From Minisyncoccota bacterium (lineage in GTDB: Bacteria; Patescibacteriota; Minisyncoccia; Phycocordibacterales; UBA9973), in contig JBAYKP010000005.1 in the NCBI GenBank assembly GCA_041664465.1, positions 1 to 60,430 on the forward strand: 60,430 bases of DNA, given 5' to 3'. Position numbers and translations under genes: made by a program. Positions 1 to 8,037 of this stretch are shown here, in pieces (the first letter of the stretch is position 1; the number at the start of each line of letters is the position of its first letter). The notes below the pieces were generated by a model. That model had not been told where the DNA came from. It saw nothing but the letters and a program-made list of their open reading frames with translations, and did not search any database.

Positions 1-47
1 AGTAGAATCAAGTAACATTGACGCCGTGCTCGAAAGTGGCATGGTAG

Positions 48-773
48 ATGAATTTATTGAAGCGGAGCGTGATTTGTGATAAAATTAAAACATTGATGAT
101 TTACTTTGATAACGTTACAAAAAAATACAAAAATAATTCTTCTCTAGAAGAAGTGACTCTTTCTATCGCTGCCGGCGAGTTCGTTTCTATCGTTGGGCAT
201 TCAGGCGCAGGCAAGACGACCTTGACCAAGCTCATCCTCGCTGAGGAAGCTCCGACTTCTGGTGCTGTCTTCTTTGAGTCTACAGATATTCACAAGCTTT
301 CTAAGAAAGACCTGATGAATTTCCGTCGCAAGGTAGGTATTGTCTTCCAAGATTTTCGTCTTTTACCGGGGCGTACGGCTTATGAGAATATAGCATTTGC
401 GATGGAAGCGACGGGTAAGAGTGATGAAGATATTATGGAAGATGTTCCTCACGTCCTTGAGCTTGTGGATCTTACCAATAGAGCTTTCCACTTCCCTCAT
501 CAGCTCTCAGGTGGAGAGAAGCAACGTCTAGCTATCGCTCGGGCTATTATTACTCAGCCCGATTTAATCATTGCCGACGAGCCGACTGGGAATCTAGACC
601 CTATGAATGCTATTGAAGTTATAAATATTTTGAAAAAGATTAATGACTTGGGCACGACGGTCATTCTGACCACTCACAATAAAGGATTAGTGGATGGTAT
701 CAAGAAGCGAGTTATCACTCTTGAGAATGGGCGTGTCATAAGGGATGATAAAGAGGGTAAGTATATGTTATAA
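48..773 (+). CDS. ftsE: Cell-division ABC transporter ATP-binding protein FtsE
   Basis: Walker A GHSGAGKTT, ABC signature LSGGEKQR, Walker B IIADEPT. An FtsX-type permease follows directly. The probable true start is the in-frame ATG at 96 (MIYFDNV). Confidence 0.9.
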   Translation: MNLLKRSVICDKIKTLMIYFDNVTKKYKNNSSLEEVTLSIAAGEFVSIVGHSGAGKTTLTKLILAEEAPTSGAVFFESTDIHKLSKKDLMNFRRKVGIVFQDFRLLPGRTAYENIAFAMEATGKSDEDIMEDVPHVLELVDLTNRAFHFPHQLSGGEKQRLAIARAIITQPDLIIADEPTGNLDPMNAIEVINILKKINDLGTTVILTTHNKGLVDGIKKRVITLENGRVIRDDKEGKYML

Positions 774-782
774 TCAAATTAT

Positions 783-1703
783 ATGATAATCCATTTCAAA
801 AGAATTGTAAGGTCAGGTTGGAATAGCTTCATACGTAGTGGCTTTACTTCCATTGCCAGTATTCTCATTATGACTATCACTCTTTTTGTGATTACTTCTC
901 TTATCTTTGTTCAAGCTGCACTTAATGCTTCACTTACTGATATTAAAAACAAAGTAGATGTCACCGTTTACTTTATTCCCGGAGCAGAAGAAGCTTCTAT
1001 TAAGAAAGTTGAAGATTCATTATCTAAATTACCAGAAGTTAAGAGTATTACTTATACGACAGCCGAGGAAGCACTTTCAAATTTCAAAGATAAGCATGGG
1101 AATGATTATCTGACTCTTCAGGCCCTAGATGAGCTTTCTAGTAATCCGCTCGGAGCCTCACTTAATGTCAAAGCCAACGACCCTTCTCAATACGAAAGCA
1201 TTGCGAAGTATTTCGAAAGTGACAACTCTATATCCAAAGGAGCTCTGACTATCGTAGACAAGATAGATTATCACCAGAATAAATTAATTATAGATAGACT
1301 GACTTCCATTATAAATGGAGCCAAGAGTCTAGGTTTCATCATCTCATTCGTTCTTATTATCATTTCTATTATTATTACTTTCAATACTATCCGTCTTATC
1401 ATTTATATGTCTCGCGACGAGATTAGTGTGATGAAGTTAGTCGGAGCGGGGAGTAAATACGTGAAGGGTCCATTTATTGTCTCTGGTATTTTGGTAGGTA
1501 TTTGTTCTGCACTTCTATCTATTATTATTTTCATCCCGATTTCTATTTGGCTGGGGAATCATATGACGGACTTTATTGGCATCAACTTATATCAATACTA
1601 CAAATCCAATTTCTTGCAATTATTTGTGATAATGCTTCTCTCGGGAGTAATCCTTGGAAGTATTTCTAGTTTCTTTGCCATTAATCGCTATTTAAGAAAA
1701 TAA
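783..1703 (+). CDS. ftsX: Cell-division permease FtsX
   Basis: TM1, a large extracytoplasmic loop, then three C-terminal TM helices. Sits immediately downstream of ftsE. Confidence 0.85.
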   Translation: MIIHFKRIVRSGWNSFIRSGFTSIASILIMTITLFVITSLIFVQAALNASLTDIKNKVDVTVYFIPGAEEASIKKVEDSLSKLPEVKSITYTTAEEALSNFKDKHGNDYLTLQALDELSSNPLGASLNVKANDPSQYESIAKYFESDNSISKGALTIVDKIDYHQNKLIIDRLTSIINGAKSLGFIISFVLIIISIIITFNTIRLIIYMSRDEISVMKLVGAGSKYVKGPFIVSGILVGICSALLSIIIFIPISIWLGNHMTDFIGINLYQYYKSNFLQLFVIMLLSGVILGSISSFFAINRYLRK

Positions 1704-1709
1704 AATATT

Positions 1710-3452
1710 ATGGGAAAAGAAATTGAAAAGCTAGAAAATCAATCATCTAACTCCAAGTATATCTTTGTAGTTGGTGGAGTTATTTCAGGAGTGGGGAAGG
1801 GAGTCGCAGCTTCATCTATGGGTCTTCTGATGCAATCTCGTGGTCACAAGGTGACTTCTATAAAGATTGATCCATATATAAATATTGACGCGGGGACGAT
1901 GAATCCGACAGAGCATGGAGAAGTCTTCGTCTTAGATGATGGAGATGAATGCGATCAGGATATGGGCAACTATGAGCGTTTCTTGGGAGTAGATTTGAGT
2001 CGTACCAATTATATGACGACGGGGCGCGTCTACCAAGAAGTTATCCGTAAAGAACGCAACCTAGAATACAAAGGCAAGAATGTAGAAGTCGTCCCTGATG
2101 TTCCTTTTGAAATTATCCGCCGAATCAAAGAAGCTACCAAGGTAACTGATTCAGATATTACTATTATTGAGATCGGAGGGACTGTCGGAGAGTATCAGAA
2201 TGTCCTCTTCCTTGAAGCAGCACGTATGCTCAAGTCCAAGCACCCAGCCGATGTTGCTTTCGTCTTGGTTTCTTACTTACCTGTACCTTCCAACCTAGGT
2301 GAGATGAAGACGAAGCCCACTCAATATGCTTCGAGAACTCTGAACTCTGCCGGAGTCCAAGCCGATATTATAATTGCTCGTGGAGTCCAAGCTCTCGATC
2401 AGAAACGCAAAGAGAAGATTGCCCTATTCTGTAATGTCCCTGAAGAGAACGTTATCTCTGCACCAGATGTGAAAAGTATTTATGATATCCCACTAAACTT
2501 TGAGAAAGATAAAATGGGCGAAACATTAGAGCGAGTCCTTAGCTTGCCGAAGCGTACTGCTGATCTAGCTAAATGGAAAAATTTTGTCTCAAAGACCAAG
2601 AATGGCAAAGAGAAGATAAAGATTGCCGTGGTGGGTAAGTATTTTGATTCAGGTGACTTTGTCCTTTCAGATGTATATATCTCAATTCTCGAAGCATTGA
2701 AGTTCTCATCATATGAGTCAGGTGTAGGGATTGAGATTGCTTGCGTTAATTCTAAGGATTTTGAATCCAAGAAGATTCCAGTATCAATGTTGAAGAAGTA
2801 TGATGGGATTCTTGTCCCTGGTGGCTTCGGAGAGAGTGGAATTGAAGGAATAATTTTGGCGATTAATTATGCGAGAACTCACAATATTCCATATTTTGGA
2901 TTATGTTATGGAATGCAACTTATGGTCATAGAGTATGCTCGCAATGTTTTAGGGCTTAAAGATGCCAACACTCGTGAGATTAATCCAGATTCCCAGAATC
3001 TAGTTATTGACGTGATGGAGGATCAGAAAGAAAAAATAGCGAATAAAAAGATGGGGGGCAGTATGCGCTTAGGGGCTTATCCGGCAGTACTTAAGAAGGG
3101 GACAGTCGCAGAAAAGGCATACTTCGGCTCGCCGAAGTCTAAGACGAAGGAGGCTTTCGGCTCGCCGAAGTCTAAGACGAAGGCGACTAAAACATCTCAA
3201 ATAGTAGAACGTCATAGACACCGCTACGAGGTCAATAACGCTTACAGAGAGGCCTTGGAGCACGCTGGGCTCGTGTTCTCGGGGGTATCTCCCGACGGCA
3301 CGCTTTGCGAGATTGCCGAGCTCCCTACGAGCTCGCACCCATTCTTCCTCGGCACCCAATTCCACCCAGAATTCAAAGCCCGCCCCCTTTCCCCACACCC
3401 ACTTTTCACCGCATTCATAAAGGCGTGTGTGAAATTAGCTTCTAGTAAATAG
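1710..3452 (+). CDS. pyrG: CTP synthase
   Basis: Synthetase N-domain (YIFVVGGVISGVGKG) and glutaminase domain (GLCYGMQ, ERHRHRYEVN, FLGTQFHPEF). Contains an in-frame 33-nt tandem duplication and a GC-rich 3' end (see findings). Confidence 0.95.
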   Translation: MGKEIEKLENQSSNSKYIFVVGGVISGVGKGVAASSMGLLMQSRGHKVTSIKIDPYINIDAGTMNPTEHGEVFVLDDGDECDQDMGNYERFLGVDLSRTNYMTTGRVYQEVIRKERNLEYKGKNVEVVPDVPFEIIRRIKEATKVTDSDITIIEIGGTVGEYQNVLFLEAARMLKSKHPADVAFVLVSYLPVPSNLGEMKTKPTQYASRTLNSAGVQADIIIARGVQALDQKRKEKIALFCNVPEENVISAPDVKSIYDIPLNFEKDKMGETLERVLSLPKRTADLAKWKNFVSKTKNGKEKIKIAVVGKYFDSGDFVLSDVYISILEALKFSSYESGVGIEIACVNSKDFESKKIPVSMLKKYDGILVPGGFGESGIEGIILAINYARTHNIPYFGLCYGMQLMVIEYARNVLGLKDANTREINPDSQNLVIDVMEDQKEKIANKKMGGSMRLGAYPAVLKKGTVAEKAYFGSPKSKTKEAFGSPKSKTKATKTSQIVERHRHRYEVNNAYREALEHAGLVFSGVSPDGTLCEIAELPTSSHPFFLGTQFHPEFKARPLSPHPLFTAFIKACVKLASSK

Positions 3453-3512
3453 TTTCTAGTGATTAGTAATTAGTAAAAATTACTAAAATAAAAACCAAAA
3501 CAATAGCAAATA

Positions 3513-3553
3513 TGCGTTGGGCTTCGCCCAACGCATATTTGCTACTTTTTAAT
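3513..3553. terminator. Bidirectional hairpin terminator between convergent pyrG and the DMT transporter gene
   Basis: Perfect 18-bp inverted repeat tagcaaatatgcgttggg / cccaacgcatatttgcta around a 5-nt loop, flanked by A/T runs. Confidence 0.7.
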
Positions 3554-3560
3554 TATTGTT

Positions 3561-3622
3561 AAAAATCCTAAGTGGGGGATTAGGGTAATATTGAACTGCT
3601 ATTTGATAGATAATAAGGATTA
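3561..3622 (+). repeat. 62-nt intergenic repeat, copy A
   Basis: 53/62 identical and co-oriented with 5182-5243. Shared core is gtgggggatt..ctatttgatagataata.ggatta. Confidence 0.8.
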
Positions 3623-3644
3623 TGTAATAGAAATAACTTACTTT

Positions 3645-4520
3645 TTATCCTGCTAAATATTTTAACAATACAAGCCCAGCGAACATAATGATACTTCCTA
3701 TTATGGTTTCTGTTTTAGGTCGATCTTTGAAGAAGATATAGCTAAACAAAAGGACAAAGAATACTTGAGTACGGAATACAGAAGTTACTAGCCCTGCCTC
3801 TCCGTTTCCCAAAGCCCAAAAAGCCAAAAAAGTGGATGCCGCCATTAAAAATCCAACTAAGATAAATGTCTTTGTATTAGATATTATCTGTGGTAGCACC
3901 ATTTTCTTTTTTGCAATTACCCAAGGAAGGAAACATATGATAATAATAATATTTTCAGTAAGGATTGCGAATGATTCACTTTGCGGAAATGTATTATTAA
4001 TTGCTAATTTATCAAATACACTAACAATTCCGATCAATGCTACTGAAATAATCATCCAAAACGAAATTTTATTTTTGAAAAGTAGTTTAAATGGTTCAAG
4101 TAATCCCTTTTTTACAGAACTGATATTTAAAACATATGCTCCGAGTAATGTAATAGTCATAGCCAAGAATTCTCCTAAAGAATATCTTTCAGATAAAATA
4201 AACATAGAGAAGATTAAAGCAAAAACAGGACTAAGGCTAATGATAGGATAAACATCGGAGAGGCTATTTTTTTGAATGATTTTATTAAAAATAATTTTTG
4301 AAACTGTATAAAAAATTACTGAAGCAATTACTCCAATGAAAAATTTATAATTTAATGCTGGAATTCCTTCTTTTATGACTAAAGGTAATATAAATGGAGT
4401 AGAAAAAAGTATCGCAGCCCAATAAAAGACTATAGGGTCGATTTTTTTAAGAGCATGTTTACTAAGGATAGTATAAATCCCAGAAATAAATGCCATTGAA
4501 AGCGCAGCATAAAACCACAT
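3645..4520 (-). CDS. EamA/DMT-family transporter
   Basis: About 10 hydrophobic helices in two similar halves, as in drug/metabolite transporter (EamA) proteins. Confidence 0.7.
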   Translation of the reverse strand: MWFYAALSMAFISGIYTILSKHALKKIDPIVFYWAAILFSTPFILPLVIKEGIPALNYKFFIGVIASVIFYTVSKIIFNKIIQKNSLSDVYPIISLSPVFALIFSMFILSERYSLGEFLAMTITLLGAYVLNISSVKKGLLEPFKLLFKNKISFWMIISVALIGIVSVFDKLAINNTFPQSESFAILTENIIIIICFLPWVIAKKKMVLPQIISNTKTFILVGFLMAASTFLAFWALGNGEAGLVTSVFRTQVFFVLLFSYIFFKDRPKTETIIGSIIMFAGLVLLKYLAG

Positions 4521-4588
4521 TTTTAAATTATCTCATAGTTGTATGTTTTATCAAAATTTTGGCTGTTTATAGTAACTAGTAAAAATTA

Positions 4589-5155
4589 CTAAAACAAATC
4601 AAGAGCAGTTTTAATTGTCTCTTCTAATGAATAACAAATAGGAACTTCTGGTATTTCAGTTTCAATTTCAAATTTAATCGTTGACCATTCTGGGAATTCT
4701 CCATCAGTTCCAATAACAAGATTTATGTTAGGATTTGCTTTACGTCTAGCTATCCATTCTCCTAATTCCATCATAGTGATATGTCCATATACTTTATTAG
4801 AGTCTTCTTTTTCTGCTTCTTTTGGGAGATAAAAGATTATACATCCATTTTTAGAGGCAAAATACAAATAATATTGTTCCCAAGCTCTTTGCCTTTCAAA
4901 GGTTTGATAATTTGAGGGGTTATCTTGTTCGATAAATTTAATTAGGTCCGGATTTATTTCTCTTCTTGGAGAAGCAATAAAGAGTTCTTTGTTTTCTTCA
5001 ATAAAAATTTTTATTGCCTTATCTTGCCATTTAGGAGCATTACGAATTGGACCAGCAAGAAATATAACAGGTAAATTTGGTTTTATTTTTACATTATTTC
5101 TAATCTTGTCTTCAAAATAAGAAATGGGTGAATGAATTTTGGTTTTATTTATCAC
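4589..5155 (-). CDS. Nucleoside 2-deoxyribosyltransferase-like protein
   Basis: VIFLAGPIRN near the N-terminus and a later MELGEW acidic motif resemble the NDT/Rcl-like Rossmannoid fold. The family call is tentative. Confidence 0.45.
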   Translation of the reverse strand: MINKTKIHSPISYFEDKIRNNVKIKPNLPVIFLAGPIRNAPKWQDKAIKIFIEENKELFIASPRREINPDLIKFIEQDNPSNYQTFERQRAWEQYYLYFASKNGCIIFYLPKEAEKEDSNKVYGHITMMELGEWIARRKANPNINLVIGTDGEFPEWSTIKFEIETEIPEVPICYSLEETIKTALDLF

Positions 5156-5181
5156 AATTTTATTATACCAAAATAATAGCC

Positions 5182-5243
5182 AAAAACCCTAGGTGGGGGA
5201 TTGGGGTGATGTTGAGAGGCTATTTGATAGATAATAGGGATTA
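5182..5243 (+). repeat. 62-nt intergenic repeat, copy B
   Basis: 53/62 identical to 3561-3622. Its last 3 nt are the stop codon (complement) of the S51 peptidase gene. Confidence 0.8.
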
Positions 5244-5804
5244 ATATGAAAAAACTTTTGTTTCATATTCATGCAATAATATAGTCTCTAAATTGGGCTC
5301 TACCTCTTCTAATGGATTACCCATATCTTCTGTATAATGTACAATGATTTTAAAGGGTAAAATGCCAAGTCCTTGGTTGATTTCTTTTGTTTTTCTACTA
5401 TAAAAAGAATGACCCAGTGCATTTGCTCCAGCGGAGTCACCGGCTATTATTTTATCTTTAAATATCTGACTTAGATTTTGAAACTTTTTTAAACTCTCTA
5501 AAAGGTTTACAGTTCGGCCTCCACTTAGGAATATAACATCAGCCCACTCACAGCCTTCCAGAAAGTTTTCCTCGGAAGCTATTTTGAATTCTAAATTTTT
5601 TGAGCCTTTATTTTTATTAAACTGTCCTTTACATTGTTCAATTCTAAGTTCTAAATATTCTTCAAATTCTGCAAAGAAGACTAAAAATATTTTTACATCC
5701 GCTGATGTATCTTTAAGTGTTTCTTGAAAAAACTCATCTCTTATATATTCTATATTTTTATCAAACCCTCCATGTAAAATAAATTTTGTCATAATTTTTT
5801 TCAA
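5241..5804 (-). CDS. Peptidase S51 family protein (dipeptidase E-like)
   Basis: GGRTVNLL ... IIAGDSAGANALG resembles the nucleophile-elbow region of S51 peptidases. Confidence 0.6.
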   Translation of the reverse strand: MKKIMTKFILHGGFDKNIEYIRDEFFQETLKDTSADVKIFLVFFAEFEEYLELRIEQCKGQFNKNKGSKNLEFKIASEENFLEGCEWADVIFLSGGRTVNLLESLKKFQNLSQIFKDKIIAGDSAGANALGHSFYSRKTKEINQGLGILPFKIIVHYTEDMGNPLEEVEPNLETILLHEYETKVFSY

Positions 5805-5836
5805 ATGTATAGCAAGAACCGTTCTTGCTACACCAA

Positions 5837-6286
5837 TTATTTTTTAGTTTTATTAAATAAATTAGATGCTATTTCTTCATTGGGCCATATTGTTATATTT
5901 TGGGGATCAAAATTATCTTTTTGAATACATAATATTAATTTCCTCATTTCTCCTATAATAACCCTAAAATTTTTAGCATCAGGAGCATTTTGTAATAGAA
6001 GCATAATATCACTTAATAATTTATAATCTTTTATACAAAACGATACTTCAAAGGACATTTGATTTAATCCTTCATAATAATCTATAAGTTCATCTTGATT
6101 TAAATAATCCCTTTCTTTCCCCCTATACTTTATCCACCTAGAAAACAATTTAGCAACAGCTTCCGCTTTTTGTTTTTGTGCTTGTAAGAATTTATAATCT
6201 TCTGTTTTTTTAGAAAAATAATATGTTGTAACTCCACCTATTAATACACTTACAATAACTATTATGATTGTTTCAATATTATTCAT
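5837..6286 (-). CDS. Hypothetical N-terminally membrane-anchored protein
   Basis: Single N-terminal TM helix (IIIVIVSVLIGGVTTYYF). No recognisable motif. Confidence 0.5.
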   Translation of the reverse strand: MNNIETIIIVIVSVLIGGVTTYYFSKKTEDYKFLQAQKQKAEAVAKLFSRWIKYRGKERDYLNQDELIDYYEGLNQMSFEVSFCIKDYKLLSDIMLLLQNAPDAKNFRVIIGEMRKLILCIQKDNFDPQNITIWPNEEIASNLFNKTKK

Positions 6287-6422
6287 TGTTTTATTTTAAA
6301 TAATAATTTCATATTTCTCATACTATCACGACTTGGTTGCCGAACAGGGAACGTGAGTACACTTTTCTCGACTACCGAATGTTTCCTCCAGAGGGCCTAT
6401 TGTCTATCCTTATTTTCAAAGC

Positions 6423-6493
6423 TGCCAGACCTGGACTCGAACCAAGATAACCTCCTCCAGAGGGAGGTGTCCTACCATTAGACGATCTGGCAG
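6423..6493 (-). tRNA. tRNA-Gln (anticodon CUG)
   Basis: Manual cloverleaf on the minus strand:
- acceptor TGCCAGA/TCTGGCA (U1-A72)
- D arm GTCT-AATGGTA-GGAC
- anticodon arm CCTCC-CTCTGGA-GGAGG
- T arm CTTGG-TTCGAGT-CCAGG
- discriminator G, no encoded CCA. Confidence 0.9.
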
Positions 6494-6769
6494 CTTTGCA
6501 AACAAGGATAACGACAATTTCTTAAAGAACCGGATGAAAAGTGAAGCAGTTCACTTTTCATTGCCGCCGCTACCCATTCGGCAATCTCTGACTTCCACAT
6601 ATTACCACAAAATGCTAAAAAATACAGGGTTGGAAAGGAGAGAGTTTTAGGGTATCATAAGGATATGAATCCCGTACGAAGTTTAAGTTATGCTTAAATA
6701 CGGGAAAAAATTTTACATTATTAGTTTAATTAAAGTAAAAATAAAAAATACTCTTTTACTTTGTACGGG

Positions 6770-7492
6770 ATGAATACAGAAATAAAATATGAGCCGAAGC
6801 ATATAACAGTAGAGGATCTTAAAAATGGGTGTCTAACTTTGACGGGGGATGGAGAAGAGAAAAAGTTGTGCATGATTCAAGAAGAATTCCGCGAAGGTCT
6901 AGATGCCGTGAAAGATCTGGGCCCTTCTGTCACTTTCTATGGCTCAGCAAGATTGAAGCCAGATCATCCTGAGTACATCAAGGCTTATAACTTAGCCAAT
7001 AGAATTGCCAAAGAATTAGGCTACGTAATAATTTCAGGTGGAGGAGCAGGAATAATGGAGGCTGTAAGCAAAGGAGCGAAAGATGCCGGTGTAGAAGCCA
7101 TAGGTATGACGATAAGGCTTCCTCACGAACAAGCCACCAATCCCTATGTGACCAAAGATATTCCTTTTCATTTCTTCTTTGCTCGCCAAGTCTCAATGCA
7201 GTACACGACCGAAGCCTGCGTCTACTGTGCAGGAGGTACTGGGACGATGTATGAATTCTTTGAAATGCTTACTCATTTGCAAACTGGCAAGATAGGCCCC
7301 ATACCTATAATTTTATTTGGGGTAGAATTCTGGACCCCAGTCAAGAAATTACTTGAAGAACAATTCGTAGAAAAATATAAGACTATTTCCGCTTCTGACC
7401 TAGAAAGATTCATTGTCACTGATGATGTAGATCAAATAATAGAAGTGATAAGGGTAAGTAAAATGCGAACAGGAGAGGATGAATTGAATTAA
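6770..7492 (+). CDS. LOG-family (TIGR00730) nucleotide phosphoribohydrolase
   Basis: GGGAGIMEA and CAGGTGTMYEFFE match the LOG PGGxGTxxE family. The ATG at 6770 is preferred over the TTG at 6761 given in the track. Confidence 0.8.
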   Translation: MNTEIKYEPKHITVEDLKNGCLTLTGDGEEKKLCMIQEEFREGLDAVKDLGPSVTFYGSARLKPDHPEYIKAYNLANRIAKELGYVIISGGGAGIMEAVSKGAKDAGVEAIGMTIRLPHEQATNPYVTKDIPFHFFFARQVSMQYTTEACVYCAGGTGTMYEFFEMLTHLQTGKIGPIPIILFGVEFWTPVKKLLEEQFVEKYKTISASDLERFIVTDDVDQIIEVIRVSKMRTGEDELN

Positions 7493-7515
7493 AAAAATAG
7501 TAGTATAATGCAACT

Positions 7516-7935
7516 ATGGAAAATATAGATACAAATAAAAAGGGGACATGGCATGAGAAGCATAAGGCGAGTCTTACTATTGGTCAAAAGATTGCTGACA
7601 AGGTAGCTACGGGGATGGGTTCTTGGAGATTCATTATTATTCAGACGATTATAGTTGTAGTGTGGATGATTCTAAATATTATAGGGATCATCTCTCATTG
7701 GGATCCATACCCATTCATATTGCTCAACTTATTATTCTCTACTCAAGCTGCGTATGCTGCTCCGATAATTATGATGGCACAAAATAGACAGAATGATAGA
7801 GACCGCATTCAAGCATTAGAGGATTTCAGGACGAACGTAGAAGCCAAGAAAGAGATAGAAGAACTTCAAATTCGCTTGAAGAATATTGAAATAGAAAAAC
7901 TTGATAAAATTCTAGAAATTTTAAAGAAACAATAA
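7516..7935 (+). CDS. DUF1003 membrane protein
   Basis: GSWRFIIIQT ... DPYPFILLNLLFSTQAAYAAPIIMMAQNRQ matches the conserved DUF1003 core. C-terminal coiled coil. Confidence 0.75.
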   Translation: MENIDTNKKGTWHEKHKASLTIGQKIADKVATGMGSWRFIIIQTIIVVVWMILNIIGIISHWDPYPFILLNLLFSTQAAYAAPIIMMAQNRQNDRDRIQALEDFRTNVEAKKEIEELQIRLKNIEIEKLDKILEILKKQ

Positions 7936-8037
7936 GCTTAGCAAGAACCGACCTAGCAAGAACCGTTCTTGCTAGGTATGTCAATTATCTGACTAGTATT
8001 GCTTGCTTTTTTTATAAAGTTTCTATATAATTAAAAT

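Noticed and set aside
2480-4251. Track ORFs antisense to or nested in pyrG and the DMT transporter gene (2480-2770 -, 3069-3398 -, 3832-4251 +). Many similar nested ORFs occur elsewhere, for example 6978-7196, 8133-8321, 8409-8591, 8817-9147, 9875-10135, 11877-12311, 22159-22380, 31549-31830, 42561-42989, 45234-45545, 46134-46451, 58534-58887 and 59149-59445.
   Set aside because: Each lies opposite to or inside a gene with strong family motifs. They have low-complexity or odd composition and no motifs of their own. They are typical shadow ORFs.
6496-6600. A possible second (class-II, Leu/Ser-like) tRNA upstream of tRNA-Gln on the minus strand.
   Set aside because: A D-arm-like GCCGAATGGGTAGCGGC is present. 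I could not build an anticodon arm, a T arm or a matching acceptor stem. It is treated as a tRNA-like remnant only.
6670-6772. TCCCGTA (6670-6676) can pair with TACGGGA at 6699-6705 or with the copy at 6764-6770 abutting the LOG start codon, which could be a translational switch.
   Set aside because: The complementarity is only 7 nt, with no recognisable riboswitch core. That is too weak to call.
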